Part shown: piece by piece, positions 1 to 6,804 of the stretch
Position numbering within the stretch: position 1 is the stretch's first letter
Layout: each line of letters starts with the position of its first letter
Assembly (NCBI GenBank): GCA_028282665.1
Contig: JANQHN010000235.1
Span: 1 to 10,525, forward strand
Reading direction: 5' to 3'
Length of the DNA: 10,525 nucleotides
Origin: Phycisphaerae bacterium
Lineage (GTDB): Bacteria > Planctomycetota > Phycisphaerae > UBA1845
Position numbers and translations under genes: made by a program
The notes under the pieces: generated by a model
Database searches by the model: none
The model's input: the letters and a program-made list of their open reading frames with translations, nothing else
What the model was told of the DNA's origin: nothing

Positions 1-2
1 GG

Positions 3-1160
3 TCAACTGCCCCTTTCGCACGACTTTGAAGCAACCAGGCTTTTCACCTGACTCGCGATGTCGCCCCCGCCAAACACGAACGTCGCCTCCACACCCGCCA
101 AGATATCAGCGAGCTGTTCCAGCTCTTTGATCCTGGCGAGGGTCGGGTTGTCCGCGAGCAGACGGGCAGTGTTCGCTTGGCTTCGGGCAGCAGCGGTCTC
201 TTCGCGGCGACGGATCAAGTTGGCTTGCGCTCGCTTCTCCGCCTCGATGACCTGGTTCAAGATCATCTTCATATCACCCGGCAGGATAATGTCGCGCAAA
301 CCGACGTCGGAAACTTCAACACCGAACACACTCGCCCGCTTCCGCAACGCGGCTTTCAAATCGCTTGACATCGCTTCCTTGTCAGCCAGCAATGCATCCA
401 GCGATCGACCACCAACCGCGGCTCGCAGAGCAAGCTGCGCCTCGCGGTACAACGCCTGCGACGCGTTGCTCGACACAGTCGTCGCTTTGACGGCATTAAT
501 GATCGTGAACACCACAACCAGATTGATACGCAGCGTGACCTTGTCCTGCGTCATGATCTCCTGGCCGGCGACGTCGAGAACCTGCTCACGCTTATCCACA
601 ACCTCAACCTTGACCCGACCGGCGCCTTGCCAGTACACGAACCGCTCTCCGCTGATGCGCTTGATCAGCACACCGTCCTTGTAGACAAGAACTTCCTGGT
701 GTGGCTCAGCATCGACCACCTTGAGGTACTTCTGCGCGGCAGACTGCGCGAGAATCACCTCACGTCTAACGTGTTGAAACTCGAACTCGTCGATCTCAAA
801 CGTCTCCACCGCGAGTTTCCCGCCAGAACGCCAGAACGCACAACGCCCAGGACCGATCATGCATAGGAATCGACCATCAAACCAGACAATGGCACGCTCA
901 TTGTCTTTTAGCGCGACAACAGCCAATTCATCGCCAGTCTTTTCGTCGTCCATAATCTGATCGATCTGATGGTGCGCCAGCACACGTGCGTAGGTGTCGA
1001 CCCGATCAATCTTGTGGCGCCAGGGCGCCAGAGCGATTTCGGGGATGAAGCGGCGGCCAGGCTTCAACACGCCACGAAACTCGCCGCGCGTGAACCACAG
1101 GCCGCGCTCGTGCTTGCGAATAAAGATTCGACCAAACATACGCCTGACCTCCTTTCTCAT
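3..1160 (-). CDS. SPFH/band-7 domain protein (stomatin/slipin-like), 385 aa. It has an insertion or partial duplication of about 110 aa after the first SPFH strand and no obvious N-terminal TM hairpin.
   Basis: The ORF is complete: ATG at 1158-1160 and TGA at 3-5. The C-terminal 230 aa carry slipin hallmarks (RVKVEVVDKREQVLDVAGQEIMTQDKVTLRINLVVVF ... ILPGDMKMILNQVIEAEKRAQANLIRRREETAAARSQA ... LARIKELEQLADIL). The N-terminus starts like the canonical SPFH first strand (ERGLWFTRGEF.GVLKPGRRFIP). A weak GGAAG Shine-Dalgarno lies 5 nt upstream of the ATG on the minus strand. Confidence 0.8.
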   Translation of the reverse strand: MRKEVRRMFGRIFIRKHERGLWFTRGEFRGVLKPGRRFIPEIALAPWRHKIDRVDTYARVLAHHQIDQIMDDEKTGDELAVVALKDNERAIVWFDGRFLCMIGPGRCAFWRSGGKLAVETFEIDEFEFQHVRREVILAQSAAQKYLKVVDAEPHQEVLVYKDGVLIKRISGERFVYWQGAGRVKVEVVDKREQVLDVAGQEIMTQDKVTLRINLVVVFTIINAVKATTVSSNASQALYREAQLALRAAVGGRSLDALLADKEAMSSDLKAALRKRASVFGVEVSDVGLRDIILPGDMKMILNQVIEAEKRAQANLIRRREETAAARSQANTARLLADNPTLARIKELEQLADILAGVEATFVFGGGDIASQVKSLVASKSCERGS

Positions 1161-1598
1161 TCAATCTTCCAAACAAACCTGTTAACTCGAGTGCCATGGG
1201 CTGTCGCGAAGCGGCAGGCCATGCAAAACGAAACTCACCCAACATTCGTCTCAACACCACTGCCACAAGCAATGGTACCCGTAAGCAAATTAGGCCCACC
1301 GGCGGCGCGCCGTATTCCGTTTCACCCCATCGTCGTGACGGAAACACGTTTGAGCAGCTCGCGACTGTCGCCCCGCTGCGCCGAAACGCCGAGCCATCAT
1401 CCAAAAACGATTGCTCGACCGCATCAACACTGTTCGACCTACACCGCGATGCAGCGGTATCCACGCATTCGCAAGATCACTCCCATGGTTTCACTCACGA
1501 ACTTCGAAAGCAGTTAGGTACGTAACCGCGTTCTTCCGTGCGTAAGCAACCGATGAACGGACCGACCACTCCGCCGGCAAGCCGTACAGGTGAAGAAG

Positions 1599-1614
1599 GC
1601 CCGCTACTGCGGGC
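1599..1614 (-). terminator. GC-rich hairpin (GCCCGC-tact-GCGGGC) about 45 nt downstream of the tRNA 3' end, a possible transcript end or processing structure
   Basis: Perfect 6-bp stem with a tetraloop. On the minus strand it is followed by CUUCUUCACCU, which is only moderately U-rich. Confidence 0.25.
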
Positions 1615-1660
1615 AATCTCCAGTAGGCGATCAACCTCGCTCAGATCTGAACTGAGTGGT

Positions 1661-1736
1661 TGGTGGGTATGGAGGGACTCGAACCCTCGACTGCACAATC
1701 TAAATGTGCGCTCTAACCTTGTTGAGCTACATCCCC
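1661..1736 (-). tRNA. tRNA gene, 76 nt, with encoded CCA. Anticodon loop UUUAGAU gives apparent anticodon UAG (nominally Leu), but the variable arm is short (class I shape) and the isotype is uncertain.
   Basis: Reverse complement: GGGGATG TA GCTC AACAAGGTTA GAGC GCACA TTTAGAT TGTGC AGTC GAGGG TTCGAGT CCCTC CATACCC A CCA. The T-arm is canonical (GGTTCGAGTCC), the D-arm is GCTC/GAGC with a G18G19-containing loop, and the anticodon stem GCACA/TGTGC is perfect. Oddities: a G4-A69 mismatch in the acceptor stem, no nucleotide between the D-stem and anticodon stem (position 26), and a 4-nt variable loop. Confidence 0.7.
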
Positions 1737-1991
1737 AACCCACAACGATGCGATCGATGCCGTAAACCGGAACGCGAAAGCGCGAAGTCGAAACGACCCA
1801 CCATCGCGCCGCCCGGCGGACATCGCTTGGGCTTACCAACGTCAGACCCGGGGAGCATTCCCTGGCCCCAGGTGCGGCGGACTCGGTAGGAACTTCGACT
1901 CATCCAACCTAAAGCCCGCCCCATACGACACTCATCATTGATGAACGTCTCCAAACCAACAAAACCAGCGCATCGGATGAAACCAATCCCG

Positions 1992-2720
1992 TCATGCATT
2001 CTCTCCACAAGCCATCTCGACCTCCGCCACTGCCTCCGCAGGCGAAAGATCGTCACCGTACATCAGTCGCGCCATAGCGCGATAGTACCGGTCAGCGGTA
2101 ACCAACGAAGCAAAATACAAGTCTTTAAATTGCTCACCCGTCACCTCGCCATCAGCGATGGGAATGCTTGATCGGAACCGGATCAGTCCTTCGCTCGTCT
2201 TCATCTCGAAGGCACCGATGATGAGTCCGTAGTTCGCTCGAGAAATCAAATCCGCCATTTCGAGACGAACATCCTCGGGTACAACAAGCGGTACGCGGAT
2301 CGACACTGCGAGGCACCGCGGATCGCCAATCAAACCGATCGTCACACCGAACACGCCCTGCTCACCAACGAAGCCCGTATCGATCAGCGGATCGTCAGCG
2401 CGAACGCCATACGCCGCGTCGTTAGCATCGAGCACATTCGCGACCATTTCCATGATGCTATTCTCGATATCCATGGCTGAATCCTCCGACTGTTCGAGTT
2501 CCGCATGCATCGAATCCGAAGCGGTGGCCTTGCTTGGTGCATGCGCTTTCATCACCACCTTCGCAAGAGCGTTTGGTTCTTGCCGAACGACTGAAGGAGT
2601 TTTTCGAGGCCGACAAGAAAATGCGATGAACATCACGCGCACCCACTCGGCAACCTTGCTCAGGACGGCCCACAGCAAATACATACCTCCCACAACAATC
2701 GCCATTTCATAGGTTGTCAT
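1992..2720 (-). CDS. Membrane-anchored protein with a C-terminal YbjN-like domain (YbjN is a putative sensory transduction regulator / T3SS-chaperone-like fold)
   Basis: The ORF is open from a GTG at 2774. The ATG at 2720 is preferred because a GGAGG Shine-Dalgarno sits 8 nt upstream; another in-frame ATG lies at 2735. A hydrophobic N-terminal segment (AIVVGGMYLLWAVL) is followed by an Ala/Ser/Lys-rich linker. The C-terminal ~150 aa (GVTIGLIGDPRCLAVSIRVPLVV...NYGLIIGAFEM...GLIRFRSSIPIADGEVTGEQFKDLYFASLVTADRYYRAMARL) resemble the YbjN family by eye. Confidence 0.55.
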   Translation of the reverse strand: MTTYEMAIVVGGMYLLWAVLSKVAEWVRVMFIAFSCRPRKTPSVVRQEPNALAKVVMKAHAPSKATASDSMHAELEQSEDSAMDIENSIMEMVANVLDANDAAYGVRADDPLIDTGFVGEQGVFGVTIGLIGDPRCLAVSIRVPLVVPEDVRLEMADLISRANYGLIIGAFEMKTSEGLIRFRSSIPIADGEVTGEQFKDLYFASLVTADRYYRAMARLMYGDDLSPAEAVAEVEMACGENA

Positions 2721-2872
2721 CGCTATCGCCTCCATCCAATCCAACAAACGTTCCCACGCGCGTACCTTCCCCACACGCCGTACGTAGGCGCAAAGCTTCT
2801 TTTGTAAGAGTTATGAGGCTCCCCTGATAGGCTTTAAGAGATCATGGTCGAACGACTTGGCGGGGAAACGTG

Positions 2873-2910
2873 CCTAATAAAAAACCCCGCGACCTCTAAG
2901 CCACGGGGTT
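2873..2910 (-). terminator. Rho-independent terminator on the minus strand
   Basis: Minus-strand RNA: AACCCCG-UGGCUUAGAGGUCG-CGGGGUU followed by UUUUAUUAGG. The 7-bp GC-rich stem can extend inward with G-U pairs and is followed by a U tract. It lies about 160 nt upstream of the ybjN-like start, and about 310 nt downstream of another terminator. Confidence 0.6.
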
Positions 2911-3108
2911 GAGATACGCAGTTATAGAACGTAATCACCCTGTGGCTTCACCTCCTGCGATGACGCCGGAATCCAGCGCACCTAGCCCTTGGAAGAACCA
3001 CGCCGGACACGAATATTCGTGCCGCATCAAGAGCATTGAGTTTTTACTTACTTCGCAAAGCCGCATGGTTCGCTCCATGCAAGAAAGAATTTGTTATTCA
3101 ACACCGAT
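2876..3108 (-). ncRNA. Putative stand-alone small transcript of about 230 nt. It could be an sRNA, or an mRNA for a 43-aa peptide (MRLCEVSKNSMLLMRHEYSCPAWFFQGLGALDSGVIAGGEATG) at 2935-3066.
   Basis: The span is defined by a promoter-like element (TTGACA-16 nt-TAGTAT) at 3115-3142 and the intrinsic terminator at 2873-2910. The protease gene upstream has its own terminator (3219-3259), so this region is not simply its 3'UTR. Internal hairpins include GCAUGG-AGCGAA-CCAUGC and CACGA-AUAU-UCGUG. GGAG lies 6 nt upstream of the ATG at 3064-3066. Confidence 0.3.
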
Positions 3109-3114
3109 GAGAGA

Positions 3115-3142
3115 ATACTACATCACGATTGTGTCCTGTCAA
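3115..3142 (-). promoter_or_regulatory. Sigma70-like promoter candidate: -35 TTGACA (3137-3142), 16-nt spacer, -10 TAGTAT (3115-3120), with AT-rich UP-like sequence upstream
   Basis: Minus-strand sequence: gtttattagttccactatttgtccTTGACAggacacaatcgtgatgTAGTATtctctca. The -35 hexamer is a perfect consensus and the -10 matches 4/6 including the conserved A2 and T6. It lies just downstream of the protease terminator, in the most AT-rich part of the window. Confidence 0.4.
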
Positions 3143-3218
3143 GGACAAATAGTGGAACTAATAAACTTAACGAGCAACGGTTGCTTATCGATCGACGTCA
3201 ATAGTAAGAGTCGAGTCC

Positions 3219-3259
3219 AATGAAAAACGACGCGACCGGGAAACGTCAGGCCGCGCCGC
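3219..3259 (-). terminator. Rho-independent terminator for the protease gene on the minus strand
   Basis: Minus-strand RNA: GCGGCGCGGCC-UGACGUUUCCC-GGUCGCGUCGU followed by UUUUCAUU. The stem is up to 11 bp including G-U pairs. It starts about 40 nt after the TAG stop at 3300-3302. Confidence 0.55.
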
Positions 3260-3299
3260 TTGAAGTCGATTATCCGTTAATCGATCACTTCAAAATTTC

Positions 3300-5720
3300 C
3301 TACGGACCGTCCGGAAGGTCACTGCGATCTTTGTCACGCTCTCGATCGATGTCGGGGTCCTGAATGCGGAAGCCCGATTTGTACAACTTGATTTCATATT
3401 CTTCCTTGAACTTAGCAATCTCCTCAATCTGATCAGCGATCTTCCGCATTTCGCGATCGAGGCGACTCACGGTCGCGCGACCTCGTGAACCCGTAGCCCG
3501 TCTTGGAGCACCGCGCCCACCTCGATTCGCCTCTTCCTCCTGCATCTGCTGACCTTCCCGTTGAAGTCGGAGAATCTCAGCGTCCGCAAGGTCGACCGCG
3601 AACTTGTACAAGCGTATCAACTCGCGGTCCGCATCGATTCCACCAAGCACGCCGGAGAGCATCAGCTCTTTTTCCAACCTCTTGACCTGTACACGGTTCC
3701 TCATGTACTCGCCAGGCTGGAGGCCTTTCTCATACAACCAGACTCTATCAGCGATCTTGCGGTAATCGCGAAGCAGATTCTGAGCCTTCGCAACATTCTT
3801 CTCCGCGATCTGAACGCCGGCCTCTGCAAACGTCGCGCGATCGTTCAGCGACTTTTCATTGAACTTGTTGTCGGGATGAGTCTTAAGCACCTCAATAAAC
3901 GCGTTTGCAAACGCGACGATGTTTGTGTCTTTTCCACGAGCCGCTTTGCGAAACGCGGAGCGCGCTTCATCGAACTTCCCTTCACGCAGATGAGCGACAG
4001 CCTGTAAAATCGCGAGTTGCTCTCTTTTGAGTTCAGAGAACTTACGGTACTTCTTTGAACCGGTAAGTTGTTTTAGGCTCGTCCATGCGGTATCGAATTT
4101 GTTCTGTTCGAGGTCACGAGCGATGCGGCGGATATCGCGATCACCCGGAGCCATCAAGGCCATCAGGTTGATACCACGAACATCGGACACGCCTTCATAC
4201 GCATCTTCAATGACACCATCTTGCACGGGCGCAAGGCTCAGCTTGATGGGCATACCGGTCGACGCGACCACGGCGCTAAACGGCTCATCGACAAAATTGC
4301 CCGTCATGCGGCGACCGTCCTGCAGCGTAACGACCTGGCTTCCCTCGTCCTCGAGCGTAGTAATACGCTGGATATCTTCGAGTGGGAAAGAGAGTTCACC
4401 GGCCACGCCCGCGAATTTAACCTTGGCATCGGCTTCGGAAAGCGTCAAATTGGCCGAGTCCGTATCGAACACAACCACGTCGCCACGCACGGGTTGAATG
4501 CTACGCCCCTTCGTGCGAAACCCAACGACCTTCACGTCATCAAACCCTACCTCAACGGCACTGCCTCCTTTCGGACGGAAATTGAACGTCGAACCAACCT
4601 CGTCCGCCTTCAACAGATTCCCGCCTTCGAGGAACAGCTTTGCGCCATCTACATCGTTCATAACGTATGCGATTGCGTCAGTGGGCACTTCAACCTCACC
4701 GAGTGGAGACAACCAGTCGATAGTGTCTGTAGTGATCTGCCCATAGATTCGATCGCCATTCGGGTAGACTACGACGTCCTGATCATCAAGGCGGGGATAC
4801 TCGGGAACTTCAATACGACCATCCTCATTCGCGAGGGCACGCATGAATGGAGTAGGGTCACTACCGGGAGGCATCTTTCCCATTTCGTAAGCGTACTGAA
4901 TGAATCGATTGGTAAGTGTCGCGGGAACGAGACCGGCTCCATCCGCACCACCTGCATCATCACGTCCCTCGGGAGAAGCCATGATCGTCAAAGTGCCGAT
5001 CACAAAACCTTCCGCCGAAACGCAAGGACCACCGCTGTTACCCGGGCGGGCCAAGGAGTCGACGTAGATCAATTGAATGCGACCGCCGGGAGTCCGTGGG
5101 ATGCCGAGCACCTTTCCCGTGGTGATGCTGACTTCGGGGTGCTCACCCTGAACGGTGGCTCGATTGTCGCCGCCGGGAAAACCCAAAGTCCATACTGGCA
5201 TTCCCTCACGCATACGCGATTCCGGAAGCAACGGCATGAAGTCTGGCGTTTGCAGTTTCTCGTCCTCCTCAGGCGTGCCGACGTAGGCTTGCATGATCGC
5301 CTGATCCGCCCATTCGTTCTGGTAAACCCGCATCGCTTCGTAGGTTTCTTCCTCTTCGGTGCCTGAATTTACGACGCAAGTCCATACCAGCCGACCAGCT
5401 CTATAGTGGAACTGCTGCTTATCGGCCTGGCTCCTGCGATGCATCGGGTCGATAACGTGATTGTTTGTAATGAAAAGACCCGTACGGTTAATGAAATAGC
5501 CAGAGCCTGAACCGAGAGGCTTATCGCCTTTTGTGTTCTGAGTCATCGCTGTGAACACCATGACGGTAGCCCGCTTGAGGCTTTCTTTGGTTTCCTCCTT
5601 CATTTCCGCCGCTTGACTGGGCATCGCCAAGGAAGCGACAGCCACAGCACACAAGCACGCTAGAATCGCACCTCGCGCAAATTGGCGTCTTCGGTGGTTT
5701 GATTGAGCTACACTTTGCAT
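3300..5720 (-). CDS. Secreted trypsin-like (S1/chymotrypsin-fold, DegP-like core) serine protease, 806 aa, with a beta-rich repeat region and a C-terminal helical (TPR-like/coiled-coil) domain. No PDZ domain is recognisable.
   Basis: The N-terminus MQSVAQSNHRRRQFARGAILACLCAVAVASLAMPSQA has a Tat-like RRxF followed by an h-region and an AxA-type cleavage site. Protease motifs: GSGSGYFI...TNNHVI (His) and RPGNSGGPCV (Ser). The middle region carries about three ~35-aa repeats of the form [ND]G[DR]R.xG.[IF]..[DE]...G...P. The C-terminal ~330 aa are helical with a Lys/Arg/Glu-rich coiled-coil-like tail. GAGGT lies 7 nt upstream of the ATG on the minus strand. Confidence 0.8.
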   Translation of the reverse strand: MQSVAQSNHRRRQFARGAILACLCAVAVASLAMPSQAAEMKEETKESLKRATVMVFTAMTQNTKGDKPLGSGSGYFINRTGLFITNNHVIDPMHRRSQADKQQFHYRAGRLVWTCVVNSGTEEEETYEAMRVYQNEWADQAIMQAYVGTPEEDEKLQTPDFMPLLPESRMREGMPVWTLGFPGGDNRATVQGEHPEVSITTGKVLGIPRTPGGRIQLIYVDSLARPGNSGGPCVSAEGFVIGTLTIMASPEGRDDAGGADGAGLVPATLTNRFIQYAYEMGKMPPGSDPTPFMRALANEDGRIEVPEYPRLDDQDVVVYPNGDRIYGQITTDTIDWLSPLGEVEVPTDAIAYVMNDVDGAKLFLEGGNLLKADEVGSTFNFRPKGGSAVEVGFDDVKVVGFRTKGRSIQPVRGDVVVFDTDSANLTLSEADAKVKFAGVAGELSFPLEDIQRITTLEDEGSQVVTLQDGRRMTGNFVDEPFSAVVASTGMPIKLSLAPVQDGVIEDAYEGVSDVRGINLMALMAPGDRDIRRIARDLEQNKFDTAWTSLKQLTGSKKYRKFSELKREQLAILQAVAHLREGKFDEARSAFRKAARGKDTNIVAFANAFIEVLKTHPDNKFNEKSLNDRATFAEAGVQIAEKNVAKAQNLLRDYRKIADRVWLYEKGLQPGEYMRNRVQVKRLEKELMLSGVLGGIDADRELIRLYKFAVDLADAEILRLQREGQQMQEEEANRGGRGAPRRATGSRGRATVSRLDREMRKIADQIEEIAKFKEEYEIKLYKSGFRIQDPDIDRERDKDRSDLPDGP

Positions 5721-6005
5721 ATTGAATACCTCGAATCTACTCTAAGATTTGTCGTAAGTAAGCTTGCCAGCAACCTTTGCGTCAAACTAGGAAAGCCCGG
5801 ATTCACCTTTCCACAAGGCAAAAATCATGGTACTGTTGCCACCTAAGCGGTGTCAATAACGATGGGATCCCGCAGCCTGGCGGTGACCCTCCCCGCAAAA
5901 TTTGACGCTTCAGCAAGAATCTGGTTCCACGTTTTGTTGCCCGTTTTCACTCTTTCTGGATTCCGTAACCAAAACGGAAAACACCGTCACGAGGATCATC
6001 AACAT

Positions 6006-6770
6006 ATGCCCGAACAAAATACTCCATGGCGTAGTGCCGCCGAGGAAACGTGGCGCGTTTTTCGTATCATGTCGGAATTTGTCGAAGGGTTCGACACGAT
6101 GTCCCGCGTACCGCCTTCCGTCTCGATATTTGGATCCGCACGATCGCGCCCTAAGGACGAGTATTATCAACAAGCAGAAGAACTAGCTGGATTGCTCGTA
6201 CAGCGTGGCTTTGGAATAATCACTGGCGGTGGGCCGGGCATCATGGAAGCAGCCAACAAAGGCGCATTAGATGCGAACGGCGTAAGCATTGGACTGAACA
6301 TCTACCTCCCTCAGGAACAGACCGCTAACCCTTACCAAAACGTTTCTCTCGATTTTCGCTATTTCTTCTGCCGCAAAGTGATGTTTGTGAAGTATGCGAT
6401 CGCCTTCGTTTGCTTTCCTGGTGGATTCGGAACGATGGACGAATTCTTCGAATCCATGACCCTCATCCAGACCCAAAAAACGGAACGTTTCCCCGTTGTA
6501 CTGATTGGCAATGACTTTTGGGGACCTTTGGTTGAGTGGATCAAAAAATACCAACTTGACAAGAACGGCTTCATTTCGCCCGAAGACATGGATCTCTTCT
6601 ACGTCACCGACGACCTGGAACACGCCGCCGACCACATTAAAGAAGCCCACAAGGAATACGAACAGGCGATTACTAACGACACAGACTTCACCGCGGAAGG
6701 CACGTATACCGGCGTCGAGCCCCAGAAGACGAAAAAAACGCCGCATTCTTACGATGACTTGCGACGTTAA
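6006..6770 (+). CDS. LOG family protein (TIGR00730; cytokinin riboside 5'-monophosphate phosphoribohydrolase-like / nucleotide 5'-monophosphate nucleosidase), type-II LOG
   Basis: Motifs present: GGGPGIMEAANKGA and PGGFGTMDEFFE. The N-terminus AEETWRVFRIMSEFVEGFD is characteristic of type-II LOGs. The ATG at 6006 is chosen over the longest-ORF GTG at 5850 because GAGGA lies 10 nt upstream and residues 5850-6005 are not LOG-like. Confidence 0.8.
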   Translation: MPEQNTPWRSAAEETWRVFRIMSEFVEGFDTMSRVPPSVSIFGSARSRPKDEYYQQAEELAGLLVQRGFGIITGGGPGIMEAANKGALDANGVSIGLNIYLPQEQTANPYQNVSLDFRYFFCRKVMFVKYAIAFVCFPGGFGTMDEFFESMTLIQTQKTERFPVVLIGNDFWGPLVEWIKKYQLDKNGFISPEDMDLFYVTDDLEHAADHIKEAHKEYEQAITNDTDFTAEGTYTGVEPQKTKKTPHSYDDLRR

Positions 6771-6804
6771 ATAGGGCATGGACTTTGTCTTACGCAAAAC
6801 GTCC

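Noticed and set aside
58-866. Plus-strand ORFs 58-684, 177-368 and 627-866
   Set aside because: They are antisense to the SPFH gene. The translations are Ser/Thr/Arg-rich low-complexity sequence.
969-1525. ORFs 969-1517(+), 994-1185(+), 1196-1525(+) and 1006-1464(-), in the 500-bp region between the SPFH gene and the tRNA
   Set aside because: The translations lack hydrophobic cores and are rich in Arg/Pro/Ser/Thr. They overlap each other and the SPFH start, and have no Shine-Dalgarno or motifs. The region is more likely non-coding promoter or leader sequence. I also checked it by eye for RNase P, SRP RNA and tmRNA signatures and found none.
2909-3223. 104-aa plus-strand ORF spanning the AT-rich region
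   Set aside because: It would start inside one predicted minus-strand terminator and run through the other, and through the promoter-like element. It begins with TTG and has no Shine-Dalgarno. The small-transcript interpretation on the minus strand explains the region better.
4221-5366. 381-aa plus-strand ORF
   Set aside because: It lies entirely antisense to the well-supported protease gene. Its translation is low-complexity and Arg/Thr/Ser-rich with no recognisable motifs. Long antisense ORFs are expected by chance in a GC-rich coding region.
1161-5720. A tRNA-associated genomic island
   Set aside because: A tRNA is present, but there is no integrase, no direct repeat of the tRNA 3' end, and no transposase. 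The flanking genes look like chromosomal housekeeping genes, so there is no support for an integrated element.
5850-6005. Longer LOG ORF starting at GTG 5850 (or ATG 5862)
   Set aside because: The extra 50 residues are not LOG-like. The ATG at 6006 has a GAGGA Shine-Dalgarno and yields the canonical type-II LOG N-terminus.
6771-6804. Possible bidirectional terminator between the convergent LOG and SDR genes (GGACTTTG...CAAAacGTCC)
   Set aside because: The stem is imperfect (2-nt bulge) and no U tract follows on either strand. It is too weak to call.
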